64,000 nt of DNA from Euglena gracilis. Its lineage: Eukaryota. The position numbers were made by a program, and so were the translations under genes. Each line of letters begins with the position of its first letter. Within the stretch, counting starts at the first letter, position 1. Below, in pieces: positions 1 through 11,945 of this stretch. The stretch is taken from contig CP154954.1 of the NCBI GenBank assembly GCA_039621445.1, positions 31,024,012 through 31,088,011 on the forward strand, given 5' to 3'. Below the pieces are notes generated by a model, which saw only the letters and a list, made by a program, of their open reading frames with translations, made no database searches and was not told where the DNA came from.

Positions 1-3000
1 ATCCCGTACCGGAGGGACTGGTGCCGCACGAGGCGCTGCCGCGGCTTCCCGCGGACGAGCGCTTCAGGCACTGTCAGACGTCGGGGGAGGGTTTCCCTCC
101 ACAGGACGTCGTGGCATAGGGTCAGGTATGGTTGAGTGGGGTTGAGGTGGATACACGTACTGATCCCGTGGCATTGGCGCCTCCTGGGGGTATTCCCCAG
201 AGACGGTGTACTGAGACACATGCTCCTGCGCAGGATAATCCCGCCGGGGCATGCGCTCAGGGGATCAAAAAATACTTTCTTTTACACGTGGGTGTTCACT
301 CCGGACAGGTGCTTCCACTGTCTCTTCCTCGGGTAATCCGGGGGAGTGGGCACGAAAGTGTGCGGTGTAAGTGCCAACTGGTGGTACCTGCCGTGCTACC
401 TGTGGCGGGACGTCCAGGCCCAGGTCACACATGGTAATGTCCGCCGCGAATCCCGACGTGTCCGGGTCGGTGTAATACACCACAGGGCTGGAGGGGTGTT
501 CGCGATGGTCAAAATTTTACGGCAGTGGTCATCCCACAATGCCTGGGTTAGGTGGTCTGGCGCCGGGTTTGCGCTCATACGCATAACCCGGTTCATCGTC
601 CCCGCCGTGCGGTGGATCATCACACCCGCATACAGTGGGAGGCGACGAGAGCCTGATGGCTGAGATGGCCGCGCTTCCGCGGACATCGGGGTCATCCTGC
701 TACTGCTGCTGGCTTCAGGGTTTCCCCGAGCCGCAGTCCGTGCAGGTGGCTGCGTACCGTATCGGTACGCATACTGATCATATTGAGGGTGAGCGGTGGG
801 GTGGTAAGGCGGTCCTCCGCCTGGCTCCCTTCCACCGGTCAGCATGATACCGCCCGGGGTCGGTACGGTGGGATGGTTGGGTTGTTGGGTGTAAGTTGGT
901 AAAGGTAACCGCTTGAGGATTGTTTGCTAAAAAGTCAACGGAAAGAAAGAATGATAAGAATCAATGATAAAAAGAAGAGAAAACAACATGGGTTTCCCAT
1001 GCGTTCTCAAAAACTTGTCATGGAAACATCAATGTTATGCTTCTTGTTTCACAGCTTCCAATCTTGCTGGACATACCCAACAAAACTGGTTGCTGGCTCC
1101 CAAGTGTCCTCCTCGGGCCCCTACCCTTTCCAGCGGACTTTCCAAAGGTGCATACCTTTGTCGATTTTGTGGTCGATAATTTTATCGACTACAAAGTCGT
1201 CCGTCTCAGGTAATCTGGAACGGGGTTTGAAGTGCAGACAAGGGATGGGTTTCCCATCCGGCGGTGACAGGTATGGTTTGAAGTCGTCCATATGAACGTC
1301 CTCAACACCATTCGGTAATGCAACCTTGAACAATTAACGCCCGCTGGTACCTAGTCTTTCTAGGATTTCACAGGGGCCGAGCCAGAGGGGGTCCAGCTTG
1401 GAGGACTGCATGCGAGTACGGCTATTCCGCACCCACACGCGGTCACCGGGACTATACCCCGGTGACTTGAAATTCTGCAAAAACGATTTCCGTTTAGTTG
1501 CATGAATATCAGTCACGCGTTTCTGGACTGCAGAACGTAGATTTTCTACTTCCGCAAACCAGGTCTCGCAACTGACACTCGTTCGGGCGGGTCTCTTTGA
1601 AGGGACATCCCCTATGGCCGGAGGGTCCCGTCCGAAAACTAATTTATAGGAGGAGTGTGGTAAAACCAACCCTGGTGGGGTATTGATATGAAACAAAGAC
1701 CATGGTAGCACTGATATCCAGCTGCTGCGCGAGTCAGCCAGTGAAAGGCGAAGCATATTCACGACGGATTTCACGGCTGCCTCGGCTCTACCATTGCCTT
1801 TGGGTCGGTATATAATGGAAAAATGTTGCTCGATTCCGAGTAAACCTCACAAAGTGCTGAAAAACCTTGAAGAAATCAAATGGTCTTGATCACTCACGAT
1901 TTCATTCGGTAAACCCGTTAAGCAAATACATTTCTCCAAAAATATAACTGCGAAACTTTGGGCAGTCAGCCCTGACTTCTGGCACGGAAAGGCTACAATG
2001 TACCCACTCAGCCTGCAGACGACAACAAAAACGTAATCGTAAATTTTGTCGTCTGTTCCTTTGCACGGTTCTAATTCCAGAAAATCCATGCAGAGGGATG
2101 TAAAAATGTCAGGGGGTACGGGGAAAAAGTCCATCGTACCAGGGGGGGTACCTCTGCGGGGCTTTACCGCTTGACAAATTTGACTCCGTTGCGCTATTGG
2201 CAAACAGCGTGAGTAAAGCTCTTTCTCGCTCAGGGTTGTGCAATACCTGCGGCCCACCAACGAAAGAAGTTTGGGGGCCCCAGGGTGACCGTGGTTGTGA
2301 TAGCACAAAATCACATCATCAACCAGGTCCTGAGGGATACAATATTTGTAACCCGATTCATTGCGAAAAACCAACCGTAAAGGTGAAAGAGTGTAATTGT
2401 CCAGCACTTCGCCATTACGAAGCCTGGTGACAATGGTGTCATACACCGGATCACGAGTATAATCCCGTTCGCGAAAGAACAGCGGGGAAGGGGACTCCAT
2501 GCGCGTAATACGCCAGGGTCCGGACGTGCTTCCACGTCGGCGCCTTCCGTGCACTGGTGCGACCAGGAATAGTTGTGAAACGGGAAAAGAATCCAAAAGA
2601 TTATCCACAGCGTCATTTCGACGTGCGTATTCGTCAGCTTCCTGACTTCCACGAAAAGTCGCGTCTCCCTCATCCGGGTTCCCAGGGTAACACCAAGGGG
2701 CCCGACTGAGCGGATCCGCTACTTTTTGTGTGTGACCAGGGGTATAAATAACCACAAGGTTGAATTGACTCAAGAACTCATGCCATCTGCATCGCCTTCC
2801 GACCGATGAAATGGCCTTGTTCAAATCATCGGTGTACCAGTGTTGGAGACTCTCATGGTCGGTCTTGACGAGGATCTAGACGAGGCTGCTGGCGACCCAG
2901 CTGCGAAATTTCTGGAGTATAAGTACGATTGTGTAGGTTTCCTTCTCGCGTATACTCCACTTGACTTGACCCTTTCCGTCGTCGCCCTGTAATTTTCTGC

Positions 3001-4266
3001 TGAAGAAAGCCACAGGTCGGAGTTCATTCGCCGCGTTTTGCTGGCTAAGAACTCCGCCAACAGCGTAATCGCTGCTGTCGACTTCCAGCACATATGGTTT
3101 GTACGGGTCCGCGATTTCTAGGACAACATTCTCCAAAAGCAAAACCTTCATTTTCTCAAGGGCCTCGCGCATTTGGTCATCCCAAATGACTTTGGTGTTT
3201 TCAACAGCCCAGTTCTTGAGCTGTTTTGTGAGGGGCACCCTGATTTTCGCGAAGTCCTTCATATATATCGCGTAATATTGGGCTATTCCCAAAAATCCTT
3301 TGAGGTGTGTAGTCGTTTTGATTACCTCAGGGGTCCAATTCCTAATGGCTTCGAGTTTACTCGGAGCGGCTTTCCGCTGTCCATTGCTGAGGATGTGACC
3401 GCAAAATGTTATGAGTATCCGAAACAAATACATTTTCGCGCGTTTCACGAAAAGCACATGTTTTGGAAAAGGAGTTAATACCGCGCAAACATGGTGGAAG
3501 TGTGTGACGAGGATATCCTCGCTCGGTTTTGCGGATGGTGGTGGTGTTCCCACCGGCACATCATCAATGTACACAATTGCAAACGGTAAATCGCGTAGAA
3601 CCCATTGTGTCATGCGTTGAAACATGGCTGGCCCATTCTTAACACCCATGGGCAGTACCGTCCATTGGTACACACCCTTGGATGTCACGAATGCCGTGTA
3701 TGGTTGGGAGTCAGGGTGCCAGTGCATTTGGTGAAAACCGTCCTCCAGATCGAAAATTGACCACAACCGGTTTTACGATTGTTTGGTGATCAAATCCTCG
3801 ATCAGGGGGAGTGGGAAGGGATCATCCCTTGTTTGGGAGTTCAGGTACCGGTAATCCAGCACCAGTCTCCATTTCTTCTGACCTGGGGGGTCTGGGGGTT
3901 TAGGAACTACAAATGCCTGGGATGTCCACTCGCTTTTCGAGGGCACAATCCACTTGCGCTGAATAAGCTTCTCAATCATTTCATTGAGAGCTTGTTCGCG
4001 TTCTCCCGAACAACGAAAAAATTTTCGGTGCATTGGTTTAGCTCCTTCCTTAAGCTCGATCTTACAAACACCGAACGGACCGCGTATCGCGGGGTCGATG
4101 TCGCACGCGTATACTGGATTTTCCAGCACACCGTGAAAGTCCGGGTAATCCGGGAACAGAATTCGGCTGACTTAGGATGCTGACTTGCACTCTCGATGAC
4201 CGCGGAAACCGCCAGGGTATCCCTGGGGCTACCGAGCTTCCTCGGCACCGCAAATTCGGACATTCC
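1..4266 (-). mobile_element. G0: 3' half of a degenerate Ty3/Gypsy chromovirus (RT-RNaseH-integrase-chromodomain-ORF3); continues beyond the left window edge
   Basis: Minus-strand ORFs 3773-4129 (WRLVLDYRYLN, FPLPLIED), 2876-3766 (LPMGVKNGP, YIDD, EVDSSDYAVGGVL, RPVAFFSRKL, EKE), 1847-2824 (HxxxH..CxxC, CMDF, IVSDQ), 1334-1774 and 1121-1333 (chromodomain VDKIIDH..WKVRWKG..EDTWEP). Broken by stops and frameshifts. Confidence 0.95.
64..845 (-). pseudogene. G0 ORF3: sense ORF downstream of the chromodomain, Pro/Gln-rich with a conserved unknown domain
   Basis: Frames 396-845, 265-483 and 64-252 join into RMSA..WDDHCR..W..GF..DITMCDLG..VPP..VGTYTAHFRAHSPGL, which matches the ORFs at 17813-18774 and 29464-29865. 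Confidence 0.8.
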
Positions 4267-6924
4267 GATCATAAGCGGGTTTTGGTGGGTGGTGCACGGG
4301 ACCTCCTGGTAAAACGAATGTGCGAGTCAAAGCCCCATAGTATATCGTCAAATGAAGCAGGCCGATTTGTGGACATTTGGTGAATAGCCACAATCTCCCT
4401 CCCGCTTGTGGAGTTTTTGGCCATTACTTTAATTTTGATGTAGGGTGCCTTTCCCAACACACTGGTTGTACGCTTGATTCTACCAAGATCAGATGGTCGA
4501 TATAAACACAGGATTAGTGAACAAAAAATACACTGTCAAAGTAATGTACATATATCATTGGGGAAAGGGGAATTGGAGGGGTTTACAAAGTTCGCTCATA
4601 TCTCCAAATTTTGGATTCAAAGTGTTTTGTAAGCTGCTAACACGGCGTGGAATCTTAGTCCACTAAACCACAGGATTCGAAAGCATTGCATTATACGCAT
4701 TACGGGCTTGGGCCTTGGAAAATTGAAATCGTCAGCTAGTTGGTCGGTGGTAGCTTCAGGTGGGGAAGGCTCCCCATTTTCTAAAAACAGACCCAAAAGA
4801 ATAGTGAAGGCAATGTAATGCATTAGGCTGAGATTTCTCCCCAGGAAAGCGTCAATGGTTCTTTTTTACAAACCTGTTTCCCATCCAATATTTTCCTGGG
4901 CAAATCATGTTCGTAGGGGCCACCTGGGAGGTGAAAATTCCACCCCCCCTGCAGTTGGTCAATTTTTTCAAGCAGGCGGTTCCTGGCACTTTCATCTTTA
5001 TCATTTGGTGTCACCATGTGGCTGAATCCCAAAGGGTATGACCATCAGCCTTCTGGTCGGGGGAAACTTCTTCAATCGTGGGAGTATTTTCTTGATCGAC
5101 CAGAGCTGGTTTGCGTAAAGTCCGCCGATGTTATCCAGTGGGCACTGCAGGGCATATCACTGCTGTGGCCCCCCAGTGGGTCTATCTTGCAACCAAACAG
5201 GGTAGTTTTTTGATGTCTCTGGAGGCAAATAAATCTGGTTCTAAATTTATTAAACCTTTGAACTGCCACCTTAGCCATTGAAAGGGCTGTGATCCGCCGA
5301 GAAAGTCCCCTTGTCTGACTCCCACCAGCGTATGGTCGGTGATTCCTGTGAAGGAACCCATTTCACTAGTAGATTCAATTTCCATGCCCCATTTGAAAAA
5401 TGGAGTTATAAGGCTATTGAAAGGGTCATTTCTTCCACTCCCTTTTTTCAGGCAGCAATTAATACACCTGATTGTCCACTGAAAGGGAAAATGTTTCCAC
5501 TGGCCTGCTTATGTGCTGATGGCTGCACGCACTTAATTTACATTGATATGTAAAGTTGAGGTTTCTCTCCAAACTCCACCATCCCCTCTCCTCAGGCATG
5601 GTTCAGGTCCAGGTTGCATCTGGTGTTTGGATGTGTTGATAAGTTTTGGCTGACCCCAAGGGGGTGGAAATCTATCTTTTATTCTTTGAAAGGGGCTTTT
5701 TTCAGCCACAGTTATATATTTTTTCGAAGTCTCTGGTGCAGGGGGGTGTACACTCAATTTTCCTCCATTCAATTTGTATACCCGACCAATTGATTTTCTG
5801 GGAAATGGATTAAAGTTGTAGGACATTTCCTAGCCTTTCGTGCCACTGGGATTCGATCTTTCCCAAAGTTTACTTGATTGGGGGGGTGCACGCACTCAAC
5901 CTCTCTCTCACAGTATCACGGGTCATCCATGTTGTCCTTTTTGTTGTGTGACGACGTACCATGGGTTGGCCACTGTGGGTTCCCGTCGTGATTTCCGCTC
6001 CCATAGGAATAAAGATTTAATCTTGGGGGTTTACCCCCTTGTCCTCCTTTGCCCCGTCTTGGGCAGCCTCCTGTGGCTGCTGGGGTTTTTTGATATAACG
6101 TTGGCACCTTTGCTTATGGGGAACCATGGCCGCCATGGCCCTGCAATTTTATGGCCTCCATGGCCGTGTAAATAAAAATATTTCGAATTCTGGCCTCCAT
6201 AGCCATGATCTTTTCACCCTGGGGAGGAGCTTGACGTTGGTCTGCACCTCCACTTGAAATCTGTGGTGCTGGTATTGCCCCCCCCCTCCCCTTGGGAGGG
6301 TGTTGGAAGAATTGTTGGAATTTGACAGACCTTTTACTCCCCTCCTAGAAGGGAACTGTTTTTTGTAATTGGGCACCGTGTCCACCACCTTTGCCTTGAT
6401 TCCATCTGCCCCCCTTCTGTGAGAATTTTGACCTGGCGGCTTGGTGCCATTGTGGGACTTGCTTTTGGAATCCTGTGGTCTTCTTTGTCCCATTTTTTTT
6501 CAACGGACCCCGTTGTGCAGGTGTGCATGTAGTGTTCTGGGGGTTCCTCGTTCCTTTTGTTTTTCCTGGCAACTGTAGTCCACAGGCCGTGGGAGGGGTT
6601 TTGTGCTGAAAAATGAAGGTGGAATCTGGGGGGGGGGGGTGGAGACCACGGTTCGCCACATGTTGTCCGCACCTCCAGGTCCTCCAGCTGCCGCGGCGAC
6701 AGCTCCTCCAGGCATTTCACGTCGACTGCGTAATTGCTTTTTATCCACTTCATTGTTCACCGAAGTCGAACTCGAAATTAATATCTACTTTATTAAACTG
6801 AAATTCGTCTGGTTCGTTTCTTTCGGGATATTATTTTGATGTTGACTTCTTATGTTGGTTATTTTGCGTACCACTCTGCCACGCTGTCGTAAGGACATGG
6901 TACTGTGTACGTAGGTAAAAGCCT
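4267..6924 (-). mobile_element. D1: DIRS-like element, 5' part (gag, RT deleted, RNaseH, Dam-like MT, N-terminal part of the tyrosine recombinase)
   Basis: RNaseH LHINV (5533), MT PDLFAS (5182-5385), YR region colinear with 51803-52178. Gag MKWIKSNYAVDV (6334-6753) matches 49449-49805. Confidence 0.85.
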
Positions 6925-7224
6925 ACCGCCAGATATAGCTCTGACCTCCATACACAGTACTATGCTCTGTGATATTCTTAAAGATGGCCAACGGCCTGAA
7001 TTAGGAATACATGGATCCATAGAGCAAAACCTTATTCTGGTTTCTCCTCTCCGCAGGTGGTATCTTACTATTCTTTTCTTCACTTGATTTCAAGTTTTGA
7101 CTTCTTCTTCGAAGTCCTACAGGACAGCCAAATAACTTGGATTTATTGGTTGTAGCCTATAGGGCTCTTTCGCCTGCCTTGTGCTCTGCATACAGGTGAA
7201 TGGTTCGACTTCTATATATACAGA

Positions 7225-7238
7225 TGAGAGAGACACAC

Positions 7239-7273
<35 letters not shown>

Positions 7274-7317
7274 GAGAGAGGAAGAGAGAGAGAGAGAGAG
7301 AGGGAGAGAAGAGAGGG

Positions 7318-7404
<87 letters not shown>

Positions 7405-7454
7405 AAGAGAGAGAGAGAGAGAAAGAGAGCGAGAGTGAGAGAGAGGAGAGAGGA

Positions 7455-7492
<38 letters not shown>

Positions 7493-7771
7493 AGAGAGAG
7501 AAAGAGAGGAGAGAGAGATAGATAGAGAGAGAGAGAGAGATAGAGAGACGCAGGAGAGAGAGAGAGGATAAGAGGAGAGAGAGAGAGAGAGAGAGAAGAT
7601 AGAGAGGAGATATAGAGGAGAGAGGAGAGAGAATAGATCGAGAGGGAGATATATATATATATAGAGATAGATATATTATGATATATATAGATATAGATAT
7701 ATATTATATTATAGAGATAATGATAATATATATTGAATATATATATATCATCCTATATATATATATATATT
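7225..7771. repeat. Degenerate (AG)n microsatellite followed by (AT)n
   Basis: Directly visible; AG to about 7648, then AT. Confidence 0.98.
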
Positions 7772-7773
7772 TC

Positions 7774-7836
7774 TGTTACTCCAACTTTTACCTTTTGCGC
7801 ACCAAAGGGCGAAAACGAGTAAAGGTTGGACGTACA
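7774..7836 (+). repeat. Putative 63-bp 5' LTR of G1, foldable into one hairpin
   Basis: TGTTACTCC...GGACGTACA termini shared with 30544-30654 and 44419-44483; TCCAACTTTTAC pairs with GTAAAGGTTGGA; followed by a PBS. Confidence 0.7.
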
Positions 7837-7838
7837 CT

Positions 7839-7847
7839 TGGTAGCAG
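7839..7847 (+). promoter_or_regulatory. Primer-binding site TGGTAGCAG (complementary to an initiator tRNA-Met 3' end)
   Basis: 2 nt after the LTR-terminal CA; same motif at 30657-30666. Confidence 0.75.
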
Positions 7848-9238
7848 TTTAGCTTTTTGGTTCCTTTTGACCAGTGTAGATTCCGGTGAAAAAAAGCAGA
7901 AACAGGTGTAAAAAGAGGGGATTGTATAAAAAGTAAGAAGAGACCCGAACTCTGAGGTTTGAAGGAGCGTATGCTGCGAACCGTCAGAGTTCGTGTCCGT
8001 GCGTACGGCTTTGCCCGGAAACGGCTGGTAGAGCCTCTGATAGACTATAGGCGGGGCACCACACCGCCTTTTTCTTGTTTTTTTGTGCTTTCCTGCAGAA
8101 ATGCAGATCACAACACCAACAGGCATTGACTACGCTGCATTGATTGGTTCACTTCGAGGAACTGAACCTGCAGCATCATTGAACAGCTCTAATGAGCATT
8201 CTCAACCCCATAGGGATACACAAGCATTGAATTATTCCACAGGTAATCCACCTTCTAAGCGTGTGTCACACCTATCGGTGTCTGTGTCAAGTATTCCTCC
8301 CCTCGCCCAATGGGCACCCCCACACATATCCCAATGCCCAACAGGCACAACCCCTTTGTTAGAGAGCCGATCGGCTGATAGCTATTCCTCCCGGCGAGAT
8401 CACGCACTCGTGCTGATTCTCATATTTGACTCTGAGGCGGATGCGCCACGACAGCTTTTGTCGAGGTTGGTTTAGAAACACCATGTTTTTCCAGCCCCCC
8501 CACCTGTGCCTCCACCGATAAGTCTGCTAGGACAACTGCCAGCACCACCAAATACGGGTTCTTTTCTGGCATTGCCATAGCACCCGGAGATGGGTTTGAC
8601 AGTACCCGCTTATGCAACCCCCGGGCAATCTATGAGCAATGATGTGGAAGAGTTGGGAAATATTTCCTTCCATCCCATTACCGTGATTCAGTGCATAGTC
8701 GCAATTTTTGCAGCGTAACACCCGCTTATGCGGCAAATTTCCCATGTGCACACTTGTGTAGCGGATTGCTCTATGACGCTTAACAAGGGTTTGGTTTTTT
8801 ATGAAAACAACCAAAAGGTTGTAGAATACAAGCTGGATTACCTTTGGTGTTATGTGCGTGATGTTGGTGAATATTGCCAAAACAATTTTTCAATCCACCA
8901 ACATGGACCTAGCCACTTTGCGTCAAGGTTTGGAGACACATTCGCAGACACATTTGCCACAACACTTCCAAAGAGTCAGTGAAGCCATGTGTGAAACACA
9001 ATCCCGCAATGATGCGATTTTGTCCAGCATACAACATATTTTACAAGCTTTATCCCATTGTGGGCGCTGGGAAAGAGATTAAGATTCCAGCAGAGGAATT
9101 AGGAATTACACAAAATTTTGTCTGTGTTTGTGTTTGTGTTTACAGTGGCAAGCAGCATGTTCAGTTTGACTTTGGTTGTTCAGTTCTGGGAAGTATCTTG
9201 ATTTGTGCCAGCGCTGGGAATTGGGAAGTGGGATTACC

Positions 9239-10009
9239 ATGAAAAGTTCCAAGGAAAGTCCCAGGTGGGTGCCAGGCCCCCTGGGTGAATTGATGGATCC
9301 CAGCCAGTGGCAGGGCCTGCAGGCGCCAAGTGCCAGCCGCCAGGGGGTTGTGGGAGTGGTGAGGCCCACACCCCCTACACAAACTGAACACTGCCAGTCA
9401 AACAACATGCCTACCAGCCACGTGGCGGCTGTCCGGCATGCCGGGATCAGGCATGGCATGTGCCTGCAGGAGATCATCAAGAAGGCGTGGACTGAAGGGG
9501 TGAACATCAACCTGATGGAGTATTATTCAAGTTTTGATGCAGATTGTGGCTGTTCGTGGTGTGCCAGTCGTGCAGCGGCTGCTGCTGCTGGCAGGCTCAG
9601 GGCCCATGGCAGGGTGGCCTCTGATGCCAGACTGGTGGATGCTGTGGAAGGACATGTCAGAGACGGGAATGCCAAGGATGGAAATGCCAGAGATGCGAAT
9701 GCCAAGGATGGAAATGCCAGAGACGGGAATGCCAAGGATGGAAATGCCAGAGATGGACATTCCAGACATGCGGATGGGCGAGATGGACATTCCAGACATG
9801 GAGATGGTCGAGATGGACATTCCAGACATGGAGATGGTCGAGATGGACATTCGGGAGATGGTCGAGATGGACATTCGGGAGATGGTGATGACGGAAGTTG
9901 GCATTGGGCCCCAGTGGGGCATGGCGAGGGCGGAGGCTCGCCGGAGAAGTCAAGAAGAATGAGAAGGAAGGAGCGCCGACAGAAGGCGAAGGAGGCCCCG
10001 AGGGGCTGA
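9239..10009 (+). CDS. Intact 256-aa ORF of mini element A: K.A..EG..EY..CxCxxC motif, D/G/R/H repeats, basic C-terminal tail
   Basis: First ATG after the predicted transcript start; no stop codons; shares its motif and architecture with the ORF of element B. Confidence 0.6.
   Translation: MKSSKESPRWVPGPLGELMDPSQWQGLQAPSASRQGVVGVVRPTPPTQTEHCQSNNMPTSHVAAVRHAGIRHGMCLQEIIKKAWTEGVNINLMEYYSSFDADCGCSWCASRAAAAAAGRLRAHGRVASDARLVDAVEGHVRDGNAKDGNARDANAKDGNARDGNAKDGNARDGHSRHADGRDGHSRHGDGRDGHSRHGDGRDGHSGDGRDGHSGDGDDGSWHWAPVGHGEGGGSPEKSRRMRRKERRQKAKEAPRG
9380..9390 (+). promoter_or_regulatory. Self-priming PBS CAAACTGAACA
   Basis: Exact reverse complement of TGTTCAGTTTG at 9158-9168 inside the 5' LTR; no TGG tRNA-type PBS. 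Confidence 0.85.
9659..9890 (+). repeat. Tandem 30-bp and 24-bp in-frame minisatellite within element A
   Basis: GAGACGGGAATGCCAAGGATGGAAATGCCA x3, GAGATGGACATTCCAGACATGGAGATGGTC x3, GAGATGGACATTCGGGAGATGGTC x2. Confidence 0.9.
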
Positions 10010-10220
10010 GGCCGAAGCCCTGCCTGGGATGGTGTGGGCTGGGTCCCCCTCCCGCATGCCCTGGGCCGAAGCCCTCACCAGCTGTGGCCGAAGCCCGCCG
10101 GGATGGTGTGGGCTGGGTCCCCCTCCCGTATGCCTGGGTCGAAGCCCTCAGGCGTTGTGGCCGAAGCCCGCCGGGACGGCGTGGGCTGGGCCCCCCTCCC
10201 AGGCCTGTGGCCGAAGCCCT
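10005..10220 (+). repeat. GC-rich ~75-80 bp tandem repeat (about 3 copies) in the 3' internal region of element A
   Basis: Recurrent GGCCGAAGCCC...GGGATGGTGTGGGCTGGGTCCCCC. Confidence 0.8.
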
Positions 10221-11371
10221 CCCCGCGGTAACCCCCTCCCGCTGCACCTGCGAGCCCCCTCCCCAGGACCCCCACCAGCCCCTGGACCCCCATCTCTGGA
10301 CGGGCAAAAAAGGGCAAAAAGAGGGGGAAAACGAGAAGAAAAAAAAAACCAGAGATGACGGCCCAAGGGGTATCTTTGGGCTGTTCTGGGGGGGAACCCC
10401 CGCCAGAACGGCCCAAGGCGGTGCGGATGCCTGCTGCTCCCCCCTGCTGCTGTAGGAGACCGATCCCCCTAAGGGTCGGCCTTCGACCCCCGCCCCGCCC
10501 CACAGAAAAAAAAATAAAACAGACAGACAGAAAGAAAGATTCAAGATTGTGTTCGTGAACGAAAAAAAAAAAACTCCCAGCGCCTTTTTGCCGAAGGCAG
10601 GTTTAGCTGCCCGGGGCAGCTTTTTAAGGAGGGGAGTGTGGGCGCTGGGAAAGAGATTAAGATTCCAGCAGAGGAATTAGGAATTACGCAAAATTCTGTC
10701 TGTGTTTGTGTTTGTGTTTACAGTGGCAAGCAGCATGTTCAGTTTGACTTTGGTTGTTCAGTTCTGGGAAGTATCTTGATTTGTGCCAGCGCTGGGAATT
10801 GGGAAGTGGGATTACCATGAAAAGTTCCAAGGAAAGTCCCAGGTGGGTGCCAGGCCCCCTGGGTGAATTGATGGATCCCAGCCAGTGGCAGGGCCTGCAG
10901 GCGCCAAGTGCCAGCCGCCAGGGGGTTGTGGGAGTGGTGAGGCCCACACCCCCTACACCATCAACTGGAGCCAATTAGGGCAATTTTTCCAGAATTACAG
11001 CAAAAGTTGCATGAACCCCCCATCAAAAATAATGATTTGGGACAATTCATCACATGGAGCACGTCTCCAGACTTGCAGCTGCGTTTCAGGAAGCGCTACA
11101 GCGCATTTTCCAATTGAGCGGTGATTCCGTGAATTTTGCCCATTTTGTTTGCCCAAGAAAACGAAAGTTTTACCCCCCGCACACATGTACAACAATTGGA
11201 CGGGAGACCTTCTCAGCTGGAGCATAATTCTTGCCATTGTGGCGACATTCCCGCTAAAATTGCGAGTTTTCATGCCCAAATCACGAATATCGCGAGTAGG
11301 ATTGAGAATTTGCAACAACAGTGGCAAAAAGGCACATCGGAAATATGAATCGCCATCGCAGATTTGCAGAA

Positions 11372-11945
11372 AAAGTTGAGAGAGGGAACAAAACAATCAA
11401 AAGAACGATGCGGAGGGATGAAGAGCAAAAAATGGGAAACAACGAAATCAACCCCACAAAGATCGCGGAAATTGTTAAACAATGCTTGGAGAGATTGATC
11501 AACAAAAAAGGGCGCAACATCAAGAAGGAACAAAATAGATTTGAAAAAATCATCCGAAAAAATATAAAGAACAAAAACAAAGGCGCTTCAAATGAAAACA
11601 CGCAAAACAAATCAAAAAGAAATTTGAGCATTTGCAAGTCAGTGTATATAAAGAACATTGCAAAGAAAAGGTGATGATAGCAACGTACCGAAAAAAGAAC
11701 GAGGGAAAACGAGATCAAAGTTAGAACAAGGCATGAGGAAAATAAACGGGATCGAAAAATGAGAGCACAAGATGCAGGACGTGGTTGTTCCATGAAGCAG
11801 AGGTTGAAGGGGGGAGGAAAGCGGGGAAAAACGGTGCGGATTGAATGGTCGGGGCGGAGTAAAGAAAAGGTCGAGGATTTGAAAGGCCATGGGAGAGGGG
11901 CGGAGCATCGGAATTTTGGAGAAAGGGAGACCACCGTATCAAGGA
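11372..11945. other. 574-bp A-rich foreign insert in G1 gag flanked by a 17-bp direct repeat
   Basis: ATCGCAGATTTGCAGAA at 11355-11371 and 11946-11962. Confidence 0.85.

Larger units (their letters stand above)
9059..10957 (+). mobile_element. Mini LTR element A (1899 bp, non-autonomous, TRIM-like) inserted in G1 gag
   Basis: 321-bp LTRs 9059-9379 and 10637-10957 (2 differences seen), termini TGTGGG...CCTACA, TSD CCAT (9055-9058 and 10958-10961), PPT AAGGAGGGGAG 10626-10636. Confidence 0.96.

Noticed and set aside
7200-7571. 123-aa ER-repeat ORF
   Set aside because: Translation of the (AG)n microsatellite.
9659-9890. Possible CRISPR-like array
   Set aside because: Contiguous tandem units with no unique spacers and no cas genes; a coding minisatellite.
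9058-10960. Exact duplications at 9059/10637 and 20143/21442 as assembly errors
   Set aside because: TG..CA ends, TSDs, PPTs and small differences between copies identify them as LTR pairs.
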